From positions 1 through 56,972 of the forward strand of contig JANNRF010000394.1 in NCBI GenBank assembly GCA_031401135.1: 56,972 nucleotides of DNA, in the 5' to 3' direction. Shown one piece after another: positions 46,869-55,916 of this stretch. The notes beneath the pieces are model-generated. The model was not told the origin of the DNA, did no database searches, and was given only the letters and a program-made list of their open reading frames with translations. The DNA comes from Deltaproteobacteria bacterium (GTDB lineage Bacteria > Myxococcota_A > UBA9160 > UBA6930). Every line of letters starts with the position of its first letter. The first letter of the stretch is position 1. The translations under genes were made by a program, and so were the position numbers.

Positions 46869-47707
46869 GTGCTGCGCGCCCTCGAGCCGTCGTTCATCTC
46901 GATTGCGACGGAATCGCGGATATTTTCCGCGTGCACGGCTGGAGCCGCGCCGCGGATGACGACGCGCTGTTCGATCGCGGTCTTCCGCGGGCACTGGATT
47001 TCTTCGAGGCCGAGAGCGTACGCGCGACGCTGTTCGTGATCGCCGGCGCGCTCGACGTGCCGGCGCGCCGCGCGCGGCTGCGGGAGGCCGTGGCGCGCGG
47101 CCACGAGGTGGCCAGCCACTCGCTCACGCATCGCTCGCTGCCCGCACTCGCTTCGAAAGAGAAGCGTCGTGAGATCGTGGAGAGTCGAGCGCGAATTTCG
47201 GATGCGTTGGGCGTCCCGGTGCAGGGCTTCCGAGCGCCCAACTTCGCGCTCGACCGCGAGAGCTTCGACCTGATCGGGGAGGCAGGCTACGCGTACGACT
47301 CGTCGCGGCAGGCGGGACGTGACGATGTTCTGGGTAGCGTAGCCGAAGGGCCTCATCTCTTGTTAGGGGGAGGACTGCTCGAGCTGCCGCTGCCGCGCCT
47401 CGGGCTGCTGCCGCTCCCGTTTCACCCGAGCTACAGCCTGGTGCTCGGCGCCCGACACTTCCGCGCGGGCCTCGCACGCGCAGTGCACAGCGCTGCGCCG
47501 CTCGTCATGTTGTTCCACCTGACCGATCTCGCGGATCCCCTCACGGCGCAGGATCTGCCGACGCTGCGTGCGCGGTTCTTCACGCTCTCCTTTCTCTCGC
47601 GCGCGCAGAAGCAGCGGCGTTGCGCACGCATGCTGGCCGCACTGCGCGAGAACTTCGAGCTGACCGACACCGCGACGCTGCTCGCGAACCAAGCTGTGTA
47701 CGCGTGA
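46865..47707 (+). CDS. Polysaccharide deacetylase family protein
   Basis: ATLFV, GHEVASHSLTH, GFRAP, YDSS and FHLTD. Confidence 0.9.
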   Translation: MSAARPRAVVHLDCDGIADIFRVHGWSRAADDDALFDRGLPRALDFFEAESVRATLFVIAGALDVPARRARLREAVARGHEVASHSLTHRSLPALASKEKRREIVESRARISDALGVPVQGFRAPNFALDRESFDLIGEAGYAYDSSRQAGRDDVLGSVAEGPHLLLGGGLLELPLPRLGLLPLPFHPSYSLVLGARHFRAGLARAVHSAAPLVMLFHLTDLADPLTAQDLPTLRARFFTLSFLSRAQKQRRCARMLAALRENFELTDTATLLANQAVYA

Positions 47708-49362
47708 ATCCGAGCGCGGCGGCTCTCTACGCAGAGCGGATCCTCGCCCAGCTCCCGCGCGTGCTCGGCCAGATCGACCGCGAGCCGCTCTCGCCCACGG
47801 CGGGCTGCGCGGACCGTACTTATTGGGCGTGGAAGTTCGTCGACTTCCCGGCACCTCGCTTCCAGGAAGCGGTGTGCGCGCTCGCCTACGCCTGGGCGAC
47901 GCCGCTGCCCGGCAGCCCGTACCACCGCGATGCCAATCTGCTCGAGTGGATCGAACGTGCGCTGACCTGGTGGTCGAGCCGTCAGCACTCGGACGGGAGC
48001 TTCGACGAGGCCTATCCATTCGAGCGCTCGCTCGCCGCGACGAGCTTCACCACGTTCTATGTCAGCGAGGCGTTGCTGCTGCTCGGCGACGCGCTTTCGC
48101 CTGCGACTCGCGCGCGCGCGGAGCGCAGTATCGCCGCAGCCGGACGCTGGCTCGCGCGGAACGACGAGACGCACGGCTTTCTCTCCAACCATCTCGCGGC
48201 CGCGCTCGCCGCTTGTTGGCACGCTCATCGCCTCACCGGCGAGCGCGCGCTCGAGCAACGCGCGCACCACTTTCGGGACAAAATCTTGCGCGAGCAATCG
48301 CGCGAGGGGTGGTACCGCGAATACGAAGGCGCCGACCCGGGTTATCAGACGCACGGCAGCTTCTACCTCGCGCGCTACGCGGAGTTGTCTCAGGACGGGG
48401 CGCTTGCGGGTTCACTCGAACGGTCGTTCTTGTTCCTCGCGCATTTCGTGCACCCCGACGGCAGCCTCGGCGGGGAATACGCGAGCCGAAACACGCAGAC
48501 CTATTATCCAGCGGCCTTCGAGATGTCGGCGCACAGTTCCCACACGGCCGCTTGGATCGCCGAGACGATGCGCGCCTCGGTGATCGACGGCTCCGCGGCA
48601 GGCGTCAGCGCTGTCGATGCGTGGAACCAATACCCACTCCTCAACAACCTCGTGTTCGCACATCGAGCCGTGAGCGATCCTGCTCGGCTGGAACTCATCG
48701 CGCGCGAGCCCGACCCAGAGCGGTCGTTCACACACTTCTCGGAAGCAGGGCTCGCATGCGTACGCCGCCGCCGCTACGAGGCGGTCGTCGCCACAAAAAA
48801 AGGCGGAGTCATCAAGGTTTGGGATCGCGAAACGGGGCTACTCGCGTACAGCGACAGCGGCTGGGTCGGCCGGAGCGCGGGCGGCTCGCTAGTTGCGACA
48901 CAATCGTTCGACCCTTCGCGGAAGATCCGCGTCGAACCCGGCGCCATTGAGCTGGAGGGCGACGCAGTGTGCGTGTCCCGCCCGACGTTCACGCCGCTCA
49001 CGTTCCTCGGCTTTCGTAGCTTCAGCCTGACAATTGGGCGTTTCCCGGCGGCGGCGCGCTGGATCAAGGCCCTGCTCGTTCACCTGCTCGTGTACCGGAA
49101 GCGCAGCGGCGGTTTCTCGCTCGCGCGTCGCATCGAGTTCGGGGAGAACGCGGTCCGCGTGGTCGATCGACTGCGTGGTGAGGCGCGCCTCTCCGAGCTG
49201 TTACGCGCCGCCCGTTTCGCGACGATCCACATGGGCTCGTCGCGCTACTTCGTGCCGAACGAGTTGCGCGGCGGGCGCAGCGAGGCGGCTGCGGAGGATC
49301 GCGCTGATCCCAGCGACCTAGCGACCGGCGTGTTGCGCGAACGATCGATCCGCTTCGAATAG
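47704..49362 (+). CDS. Hypothetical protein, probable alpha/alpha-toroid carbohydrate-active fold
   Basis: 552 aa, GTGA-coupled to the upstream gene; repeated QHSDGSF / QSREGWY / HPDGS turns, EYEGADPGYQT, beta-rich C-terminus. Confidence 0.7.
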   Translation: MNPSAAALYAERILAQLPRVLGQIDREPLSPTAGCADRTYWAWKFVDFPAPRFQEAVCALAYAWATPLPGSPYHRDANLLEWIERALTWWSSRQHSDGSFDEAYPFERSLAATSFTTFYVSEALLLLGDALSPATRARAERSIAAAGRWLARNDETHGFLSNHLAAALAACWHAHRLTGERALEQRAHHFRDKILREQSREGWYREYEGADPGYQTHGSFYLARYAELSQDGALAGSLERSFLFLAHFVHPDGSLGGEYASRNTQTYYPAAFEMSAHSSHTAAWIAETMRASVIDGSAAGVSAVDAWNQYPLLNNLVFAHRAVSDPARLELIAREPDPERSFTHFSEAGLACVRRRRYEAVVATKKGGVIKVWDRETGLLAYSDSGWVGRSAGGSLVATQSFDPSRKIRVEPGAIELEGDAVCVSRPTFTPLTFLGFRSFSLTIGRFPAAARWIKALLVHLLVYRKRSGGFSLARRIEFGENAVRVVDRLRGEARLSELLRAARFATIHMGSSRYFVPNELRGGRSEAAAEDRADPSDLATGVLRERSIRFE

Positions 49363-49529
49363 CGAGCGGCGACTCGCTGTGAGGCGAACTCGAACGCCCC
49401 GCGTCTTGGACGCACGGCCCGCCGCCCGGAAGGCTCGGACGAGCCAGGAAGAGAGCGCGCCGCTGCGGAGCCCTTCTGCCAGTCCGGCCAGTCGTTCCTC
49501 CAACGGGTTGCAAACAGCGTCGTCCGAGC

Positions 49530-49671
49530 AGTGGTTCAGCGAGGAGTAAAGCCGCTCGCGCCGCAACAACGCGCCGATCTCACGCGGCTTCCGGCAACGC
49601 TCAGCTTCGCGAATAATTTTCTGGCGCCGGCGAGACTTCGCCGACAGCTCCTTGACGCGTCCATCAGTGCC
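49530..49671 (-). mobile_element. Degenerate IS3-family transposase OrfA fragment
   Basis: Minus frame reads ELSAKSRRRQKIIREAERCRKPREIGALLRRERLYSSL, resembling the IS3 OrfA pattern RRRFTAEYK..IL.EA..C...GEIGALLRREGLYSS with an internal deletion; in-frame stop upstream. Confidence 0.65.
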
Positions 49672-49955
49672 CTAACGCGCGATCTGAAGCACGAGCGCAG
49701 GCGTCGCCGTAACCATCAGCTAGAGCATGGGATCTCGCAGCGGCCGGTGCGCAGCGCCTCGCTATTGGGGAGCGAAGTCAACGCGCGAGCGCCGGGTTCG
49801 CAGCGCACGCCCAGCGGCACTTCGCCGCGCGGCAGGTCGCGTGGAGGAGAGGCGCGAGCGCCGCGCGGCGATCACGTTGCCACTCGCAGTCGCGCAGTTG
49901 CGCCGCCAGCTCGCACACTGCGCGGTGTAGGATGCGCGCGCCGTGGAGGTTGCTC

Positions 49956-52352
49956 ATGTCGCAGTTGTCGTTTCGTGCATTCCGCTTCGCCTTGCTCGGG
50001 GCCGCTTTCTTCCTGATGACTGGCGCGCCGTCGTGCGGCCCGCGCCCGATCGTGCTCGCCGCGCCTGCGGACGGGCAGCTCTCGCTTGCGGGTAGCTCGG
50101 TGGCCTTCGCGTTCGCGATGCCCGAGGGCGCGGGGCTCGCGAACCTCACGCTCACGCTCGATGGCGCGCCGGTCGCGCCGCCGGATCTCGCGCTCGCGAA
50201 CGGCAGCGCGACGGGCACGCTCGCCGGCCTCGCGCCGGGCTGGCACGAGCTCGTCGCCGATGTCGCGGCTGGCGGCGCGCAGTTCTCCGGGCGCAGCACG
50301 TTCGAGCTCGCCGCCCTCACGAACCCCGACGAGTGCGATGTGCTCAATAACATCTCGTGCCTGCTGCCGTTCCCGTCGTCGCGCTTCCTGGTCCCGGCGA
50401 ACACGCGCACCGGCTTGCGCGTCGAGCTGCCCCCTGCGCAATTCCTCCCGCAGTTCGGCGGCACCAGCGCCGACTCGGCACAATACGCGCGGAACGACGG
50501 CTTCAGCCCGACCGCGCAGGTGTTGATGCACTTCCCCGGCGGCGTCGACGTGGCGCAGTCGAACGCCTCGCGCATCGATCCCGTGACGCGCACTTATGGC
50601 GCGCGCGGCCTCGACGGAGACAGCCCCACGCTGCTGATCGATTACGAAACAGGCGAGCGCATCAATCACTGGCTCGAGAACGATTCGCGCGCGCGCGGCG
50701 CGCGGCCGGTGCTGACGTTCCTGCGCCCCGGCGAGAGCCTCACGCCGGGCCACCGCTACATCGTCGCGGTGCGCGGCCTTCTGAACGCGAGCGGCGCTGC
50801 CGTGCTCGCGGAGCCCGCCTTCGCGGCGATTCGCGATGCGCGGCCGTCCACGGTCCCGGCCGTGCGCAAGCGCGCCGAACAGCTCGCGCCCGTCTTCAGC
50901 CGTCTCGCGCGCTTCGGCATCGAGCGCAGCGACCTAATTCTCGCCTTCGACTTCGTCGTGATGAGCGATCACTCGCTCACGCACGAAATGCTGAAGATGC
51001 GCGCCTTCGGCTTCCGCTGGCTCGACGAGCAGCTCGCAGCCGGCGCGCAGCCGTTCAGCGTCACGACTGTTACGGACGTGAACCCGAACTGCGCCGACCC
51101 GGCCATTCCGACTTGGCGCCGCGTCCAAGGCACGTTCTCGGTGCCGCTCTTCCTCGAAGGCGATCCGTTCACGGCGGCGAATACGCCCACGTTCCTGCGC
51201 CGCGACGCGGACGGCGCCCCGCGCGCGCAAGGCTTGACGGAGGCGCCCTTCGGCGCGGCGATTCCCTGTTCTGCCTTCAACGCCGCCACCCCGGCGCCCG
51301 GCCTGGTCATCGGGCACGGCCTGTTCGGCACCGGCGTCAGCACGGTGAACTCGCTCACGGCTTCGCGAGGGCTCACGAACTTCGGCTTCGTCTCGGTCGC
51401 GACGAACTTCAGCGGCTTATCAGGGCCGGATGTCTCGGGCCCGCTCGGTCAGACGCCGCTCGATCAGAGTTTCATCTATCAACTCATCGTCGATCCGACG
51501 CTCTTCCCCGCGCTGCCGGACCGCCTGCGCCAGGGACAGCTGAACACGCTGATCCTCGCGCGCCTGCTCGCACGCGGCGCGTTCAACTCGCACGCCGCGT
51601 TCCAACTGCCGAACGGCGGCGGATCGATCGCGACGGACGTGAAGCCTTATTATTTCGGCGCGAGTCTCGGCGGCATCATGGGCACGATGTTCGCGGCGCT
51701 CACGCCCGACGTGGACAAGCTCAACGTCGATGTGCCCGCCATCAACTTCTCGCTGCTGCTGCACCGTGCGACGCCGTTCCTCCAGTTCGAGCAGCTGGTC
51801 CAGCTGCTGAACCGCGACCCGCTCGAGCAGGCGCTCGGCCTCGGGCTCCAGCACGAACTCTGGGTGCGCGGCGAGCCGGCCGGCTACGCGACGCACGTCA
51901 CCTCGAATCCGTTCCCCGGTACGAACGCGAAGCAAGTGCTCGCGACGGTCGCACTCTACGACCACCAGGTCGCGAACCTCGGTTCGCAGTTGTTGGGCCG
52001 AACGCTGCGGCTCGGCGCGCTCGAAGGCTCGGTGATGCGCGGGCTGCCAGGCCAACCCGATCTCACAGGCCCGCAGAACTCCGGCTACATCGTCTACTCC
52101 ACAGGCTCCTTCGACCCCAACAACCCGCTCCACCTCCCGTTCATCCCGCCGCTCATCAACGAGCAGGTGCAGATCAGCAAGTGCGATCCGCACGGCCGGC
52201 GCGGCTTCATTCCGGCCTCGGTGGCGCAGCTCCAACAGTTCTTCACGCCCGGCGGCAAGCTCGCGAACTACTGCACGGACGACGGCGTGTGCAACGCGTC
52301 CGAGCCGAACGAGTGGCCAAACGGCGTGACGCCCTGCGATCCGCTGCAGTGA
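49956..52352 (+). CDS. Secreted or lipoprotein alpha/beta-hydrolase (lipase-like) with N-terminal beta domains
   Basis: GGAGG RBS; signal peptide with possible lipobox GAPSC; CLLPFPS, NDGFSP, GHGL oxyanion motif, GASLGG nucleophile elbow, DPH. Confidence 0.78.
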   Translation: MSQLSFRAFRFALLGAAFFLMTGAPSCGPRPIVLAAPADGQLSLAGSSVAFAFAMPEGAGLANLTLTLDGAPVAPPDLALANGSATGTLAGLAPGWHELVADVAAGGAQFSGRSTFELAALTNPDECDVLNNISCLLPFPSSRFLVPANTRTGLRVELPPAQFLPQFGGTSADSAQYARNDGFSPTAQVLMHFPGGVDVAQSNASRIDPVTRTYGARGLDGDSPTLLIDYETGERINHWLENDSRARGARPVLTFLRPGESLTPGHRYIVAVRGLLNASGAAVLAEPAFAAIRDARPSTVPAVRKRAEQLAPVFSRLARFGIERSDLILAFDFVVMSDHSLTHEMLKMRAFGFRWLDEQLAAGAQPFSVTTVTDVNPNCADPAIPTWRRVQGTFSVPLFLEGDPFTAANTPTFLRRDADGAPRAQGLTEAPFGAAIPCSAFNAATPAPGLVIGHGLFGTGVSTVNSLTASRGLTNFGFVSVATNFSGLSGPDVSGPLGQTPLDQSFIYQLIVDPTLFPALPDRLRQGQLNTLILARLLARGAFNSHAAFQLPNGGGSIATDVKPYYFGASLGGIMGTMFAALTPDVDKLNVDVPAINFSLLLHRATPFLQFEQLVQLLNRDPLEQALGLGLQHELWVRGEPAGYATHVTSNPFPGTNAKQVLATVALYDHQVANLGSQLLGRTLRLGALEGSVMRGLPGQPDLTGPQNSGYIVYSTGSFDPNNPLHLPFIPPLINEQVQISKCDPHGRRGFIPASVAQLQQFFTPGGKLANYCTDDGVCNASEPNEWPNGVTPCDPLQ

Positions 52353-52490
52353 TCGCACGGAGTTCTGCACCCGCCGTTTCCTGAGCGGAATCGAGCACAT
52401 TCCGCATCGCATTTCGCAGCAGACCGCCTCGATTCACCTGCCCACCTCGGCTAAACAGAGCGCCGTTTCATTCGGCCGGGAGGGCTGGCT

Positions 52491-54221
52491 TTGCTGGATG
52501 TCGTTCGCCATGACGTCGTGATCGTGGGTGGGGGCGCTGCGGGTCTTCGTGCCGCGATCGCCGCTTGCGAAGCGGATCCGACGATCACCGTGGCGCTGGT
52601 TTCGAAGGTCTATCCGATGCGGAGCCACACCGTCTCCGCGGAAGGCGGCGCCGCGGCGGTTCCGCCAGGCTCGAAGGACGACAGCCTCGAGCAGCACGCC
52701 TTCGACACGGTCAAAGGCTCGGACTTCTTAGGCGATCAGGACGTCATCCAGTATTTCGTGCAGGAGGCTCCCAAGGAGTTGACGCTGCTCGATCACTGGG
52801 GCTGCCCGTGGAGCCGCAACGCCGACGGCAGCGTTTCGACGCGCCCGTTCGGCGGCATGCAGACGCCGCGCACGTGGTACGCCAGCGACAAGATCGGCTT
52901 CCACATGTTGCACACGCTGTTCCAGACTTCGCTGAAGTACGAGCGCATCGTGCGCTACGACGAACACTTCGTGACGAAGTTGTTAGTGGATGGCGGCAAG
53001 TGCGGCGGCGTCGCGGCGCTCGACATCCGCACCGGCAAACTGAAGGCGGTGCTCGGGCGCGCGGTGATCCTCACCACCGGCGGCGCCGGCAAAGTGTGGC
53101 CGTTCACGACGAACGGAAACATCAAGACGGGCGACGGCATGTCGGTGGCGTACCGCGAAGGCGTGGCGCTGAAGGACATGGAGTTTGTGCAGTACCACCC
53201 CACCGGGCTACCGGGCACGGGCATCCTGATCACGGAAGCCTCGCGCGGCGAGGGCGGCTACCTGATCAACTCCGAGGGCGAGCGCTTCCTGATCACGCGT
53301 GATTATGGCGTCGGCACCAAGGCCGAACTCGGTCCGCGCGACATGATCTCACGCGCGATCATCCAGGAGATCGAAGCGGGCCGCGGCATCGACGTGCCGG
53401 GCAAGCTCGGTAAGTACGCGCACCTCGACCTGCGCCACATCGGCAAGGAAAAGCTCGAGTCTCGATTGCCGTTCGTGCTCGAACTCGCGCGCACGTATGC
53501 GGGCATCGACCCGGTGACGCAGCCGATTCCGATCCGCCCCGTGCTCCACTACATGATGGGCGGCGTCGACGTGAACATCGACGGCGCGACCAGCATCGGC
53601 GGGCTCTACGCCGCGGGCGAGACGGCCTGCGTCTCGCTGAACGGCGCGAACCGGCTCGGCTCGAACTCGCTCACCGAGTGCCTCGTGTTCGGCGCGCGCG
53701 CGGGCGTGCACGCCGTCGGGCTCGCGAAGCGCAGCATGGCGGGCAGCGAAGCGCCGCTGCTCGAGCAAACGAAGAGCGAGGCCGCGCGGCTCGATGCCTT
53801 GCGCGCGCGCAAGCGCGGCGGCGAGACGCTCTCGGGCATTCGCCAAGACATGAACACCGCGATGGAGGTCGGGCTCGGCGTCTACCGCGAGCAGGCGCCG
53901 ATGGACAAGGCGGTGCGCGACATCGCGGAGCTGAAGCGGCGCTTCGAGCAGGTGAGCCTCTCCGACGCGAGCAAAGTGTTCAACACCGAGCTCACGACGG
54001 CGCTCGAACTTTCGAACTTGCTGGATTGCGCGGAGGCTGTCGCCACCGCGGCGGCGCAGCGCAAGGAATCGCGCGGCGCTCACGCGCGGCGAGATTTCCC
54101 GAAGCGCAACGACGCGGAGTTCATGCACCACTCGCTGGTGCACTGGGGCCCGCATGGCCCGCGCTTCAGCACTAAGTCCGTCACGCTCGGCGTGTGGGTT
54201 CCGGAAGAGCGAAAGTATTAG
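52491..54221 (+). CDS. frdA: Fumarate reductase / succinate dehydrogenase flavoprotein subunit
   Basis: GGGAAG, RSHTVSAEGG (Glu as in FrdA), QYHPTG, HYMMGG, NRLGSNSL and ESRGAH. Confidence 0.93.
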   Translation: MLDVVRHDVVIVGGGAAGLRAAIAACEADPTITVALVSKVYPMRSHTVSAEGGAAAVPPGSKDDSLEQHAFDTVKGSDFLGDQDVIQYFVQEAPKELTLLDHWGCPWSRNADGSVSTRPFGGMQTPRTWYASDKIGFHMLHTLFQTSLKYERIVRYDEHFVTKLLVDGGKCGGVAALDIRTGKLKAVLGRAVILTTGGAGKVWPFTTNGNIKTGDGMSVAYREGVALKDMEFVQYHPTGLPGTGILITEASRGEGGYLINSEGERFLITRDYGVGTKAELGPRDMISRAIIQEIEAGRGIDVPGKLGKYAHLDLRHIGKEKLESRLPFVLELARTYAGIDPVTQPIPIRPVLHYMMGGVDVNIDGATSIGGLYAAGETACVSLNGANRLGSNSLTECLVFGARAGVHAVGLAKRSMAGSEAPLLEQTKSEAARLDALRARKRGGETLSGIRQDMNTAMEVGLGVYREQAPMDKAVRDIAELKRRFEQVSLSDASKVFNTELTTALELSNLLDCAEAVATAAAQRKESRGAHARRDFPKRNDAEFMHHSLVHWGPHGPRFSTKSVTLGVWVPEERKY

Positions 54222-54279
54222 GCGGAAGCGCAGCGCGGAGAGCGCAGCGCGAACTCGAGTGGAGATCTGAAAGGGAGCC

Positions 54280-55023
54280 ATGGCCCAGGTCAAGAAGACT
54301 CTGATCGTCACGCGCTTCGACCCGGACAAGGACGAGAAGCCGCACACGCAGAAGTACGAGATCTCCGTCGAGTCCGACGCGAAGGTTCTCGACGCGCTGA
54401 ACCACATCAAAGACCACGTCGATTCGACGCTCTCGCACCGCTGGTCGTGCCGGATGGCGGTGTGCGGCAGCTGCGGCATGAACGTGAACGGCAAGCCGAA
54501 GCTCACCTGCAAGGACGCGGTCTCGAACTACGGCGACGTGATCGAAGTCGCGCCGCTCGCGAACTTCCCGGTGGTGCGCGATCTCGTCGTCGAGCTCGAA
54601 GGCTTCATGGACAAGTTAAAGGCGGTGAAGCCTTGGATCATGGTCGCCAAGGAGCGCGCCGTCGAAGCTGGGCCGACGAAGCAGTCGCCCGATGAGCTCA
54701 ACGACTTCAAGCAGTTCAGCATGTGCATCAACTGCATGCTCTGCTACGCCGCCTGCCCGGTGGTCTCGAACGAGCCGGACTTCTTAGGGCCCGCGGCGAT
54801 CGCGCTCGGCCACCGATACAACCTGGACACGCGCGACGAAGGCGCCGGCGAGCGCAACGAGATCTTCCGCCAGGACGGCGGCGTGTTCTCGTGCTCGTAC
54901 GCGAACGAGTGCAGCGAGGTCTGCCCGAAGCACGTCGATCCGTCGGCCGCGATCCAGCAGGCGAAGCTCAACAACGTGCTCGACTGGGCCAAGGGCTTTG
55001 TCGTGCCGCGGGGAGGGAAGTGA
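54280..55023 (+). CDS. frdB: Fumarate reductase iron-sulfur subunit
   Basis: WSCRMAVCGSC, CINCMLCYAACP and C.....CSEVCPKHVDP. Confidence 0.94.
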   Translation: MAQVKKTLIVTRFDPDKDEKPHTQKYEISVESDAKVLDALNHIKDHVDSTLSHRWSCRMAVCGSCGMNVNGKPKLTCKDAVSNYGDVIEVAPLANFPVVRDLVVELEGFMDKLKAVKPWIMVAKERAVEAGPTKQSPDELNDFKQFSMCINCMLCYAACPVVSNEPDFLGPAAIALGHRYNLDTRDEGAGERNEIFRQDGGVFSCSYANECSEVCPKHVDPSAAIQQAKLNNVLDWAKGFVVPRGGK

Positions 55024-55466
55024 TGAGCCACGCACGTCCCCGACTCGACGCGATGAAACCGAGGAAGCCCGGCGCGACGCGCACCGCCGATCCACGGCCG
55101 CCCGACAAGTTCCCGCTTGGCGGGAATTACGGCCCGTACCTGTTGTTCGGCTCGTGCGGTGTGTTCCTGCTGCTGACGAGCTTGATCGTGATCGAGTTCG
55201 TCTGGTCGCTTGCGGGCGGCGAGGCCAAGTACGACGCCTTCCTCGATCGCATCCACGGTGGCGCTTATCAGGCGTACTTCTGGCTCGCGCTGGTCGCGCT
55301 CGTATGGTTCACGCTGCGCTTCCTCGGCCTGTTCCCGAAGACGCAGCCGTTCCGCATCGGCCCGTTCAAGCGCCCACCGGATGCAGTCATGCTCGCCGGC
55401 CTCTACGCCGCGTTCGTGGTGCTGAACCTCGCGGTCGCCGTGATCCTCGGAGGCATGCTCGGATGA
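55023..55466 (+). CDS. frdC: Fumarate reductase membrane anchor subunit C (divergent)
   Basis: 3 TM segments, lies between frdB and frdD; LAGGEAKYDAFL and LFPK resemble FrdC. Confidence 0.75.
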   Translation: MSHARPRLDAMKPRKPGATRTADPRPPDKFPLGGNYGPYLLFGSCGVFLLLTSLIVIEFVWSLAGGEAKYDAFLDRIHGGAYQAYFWLALVALVWFTLRFLGLFPKTQPFRIGPFKRPPDAVMLAGLYAAFVVLNLAVAVILGGMLG

Positions 55467-55813
55467 AGGCCCTAATGCGGAAGCTCGAGCCGGTGATCTG
55501 GCTGCTGTTCGGCGCCGGCATGATGGTGGGCGGTTTCGTGCTGCCCGCGTGGATCGCGACCGTGGGCCTCGGCCTCGTCGGCGACGCGGACGCGTTCTCC
55601 TACGACCGCATGTACGCGATGTTCACGCACCCGGTCGGCCGCCTCGTCGCGCTCGCCGCGATGGCGCTGCCGCTCTGGGGCGGCGCGCATCACCTGCGCC
55701 ACGTCTCGATCGACCTCGGCGGCCTGCAACGCGACCCGCTCGTCGGCGGCCTGCTCTACGCACTCGCGCTCGGCGGCAGCCTCGCCGCCGTAATCGCGGT
55801 AGTGACGCTCTGA
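55463..55813 (+). CDS. frdD: Fumarate reductase membrane anchor subunit D
   Basis: EPVIWLLFGAGMM...P and LPLWGGAHHLRH...DL. Confidence 0.88.
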   Translation: MKALMRKLEPVIWLLFGAGMMVGGFVLPAWIATVGLGLVGDADAFSYDRMYAMFTHPVGRLVALAAMALPLWGGAHHLRHVSIDLGGLQRDPLVGGLLYALALGGSLAAVIAVVTL

Positions 55814-55814
55814 G

Positions 55815-55916
55815 CGGGGACGTTTCGTAAGAAAGGTAAGTTGTTCCGCCGGTCATGAGCCGGAGAGGCCATCGCGTGACTGGCGAGAAACTTAACTTTC
55901 TTACGGAACGTCCCCG
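55815..55916. repeat. 102-bp palindromic element (REP/MITE-like, GGGGAC...GTCCCC ends)
   Basis: Arms 55815-55842 and 55889-55916 match at 26/28 positions; inner stem CGCCGGTCATG/CGTGACTGGCG; AT-rich relative to flanks. Confidence 0.85.

Noticed and set aside
49361-49559. tRNA-like or structured ncRNA (short stems, GTTCGAG on the minus strand)
   Set aside because: No cloverleaf or CCA end; part of the region is explained by the IS3 remnant, and short GC stems arise by chance.
52385-52405. GCGGAAT-N7-ATTCCGC inverted repeat before frdA
   Set aside because: A single 7-bp stem with no U-tract and no recognisable regulator consensus; too weak to call.
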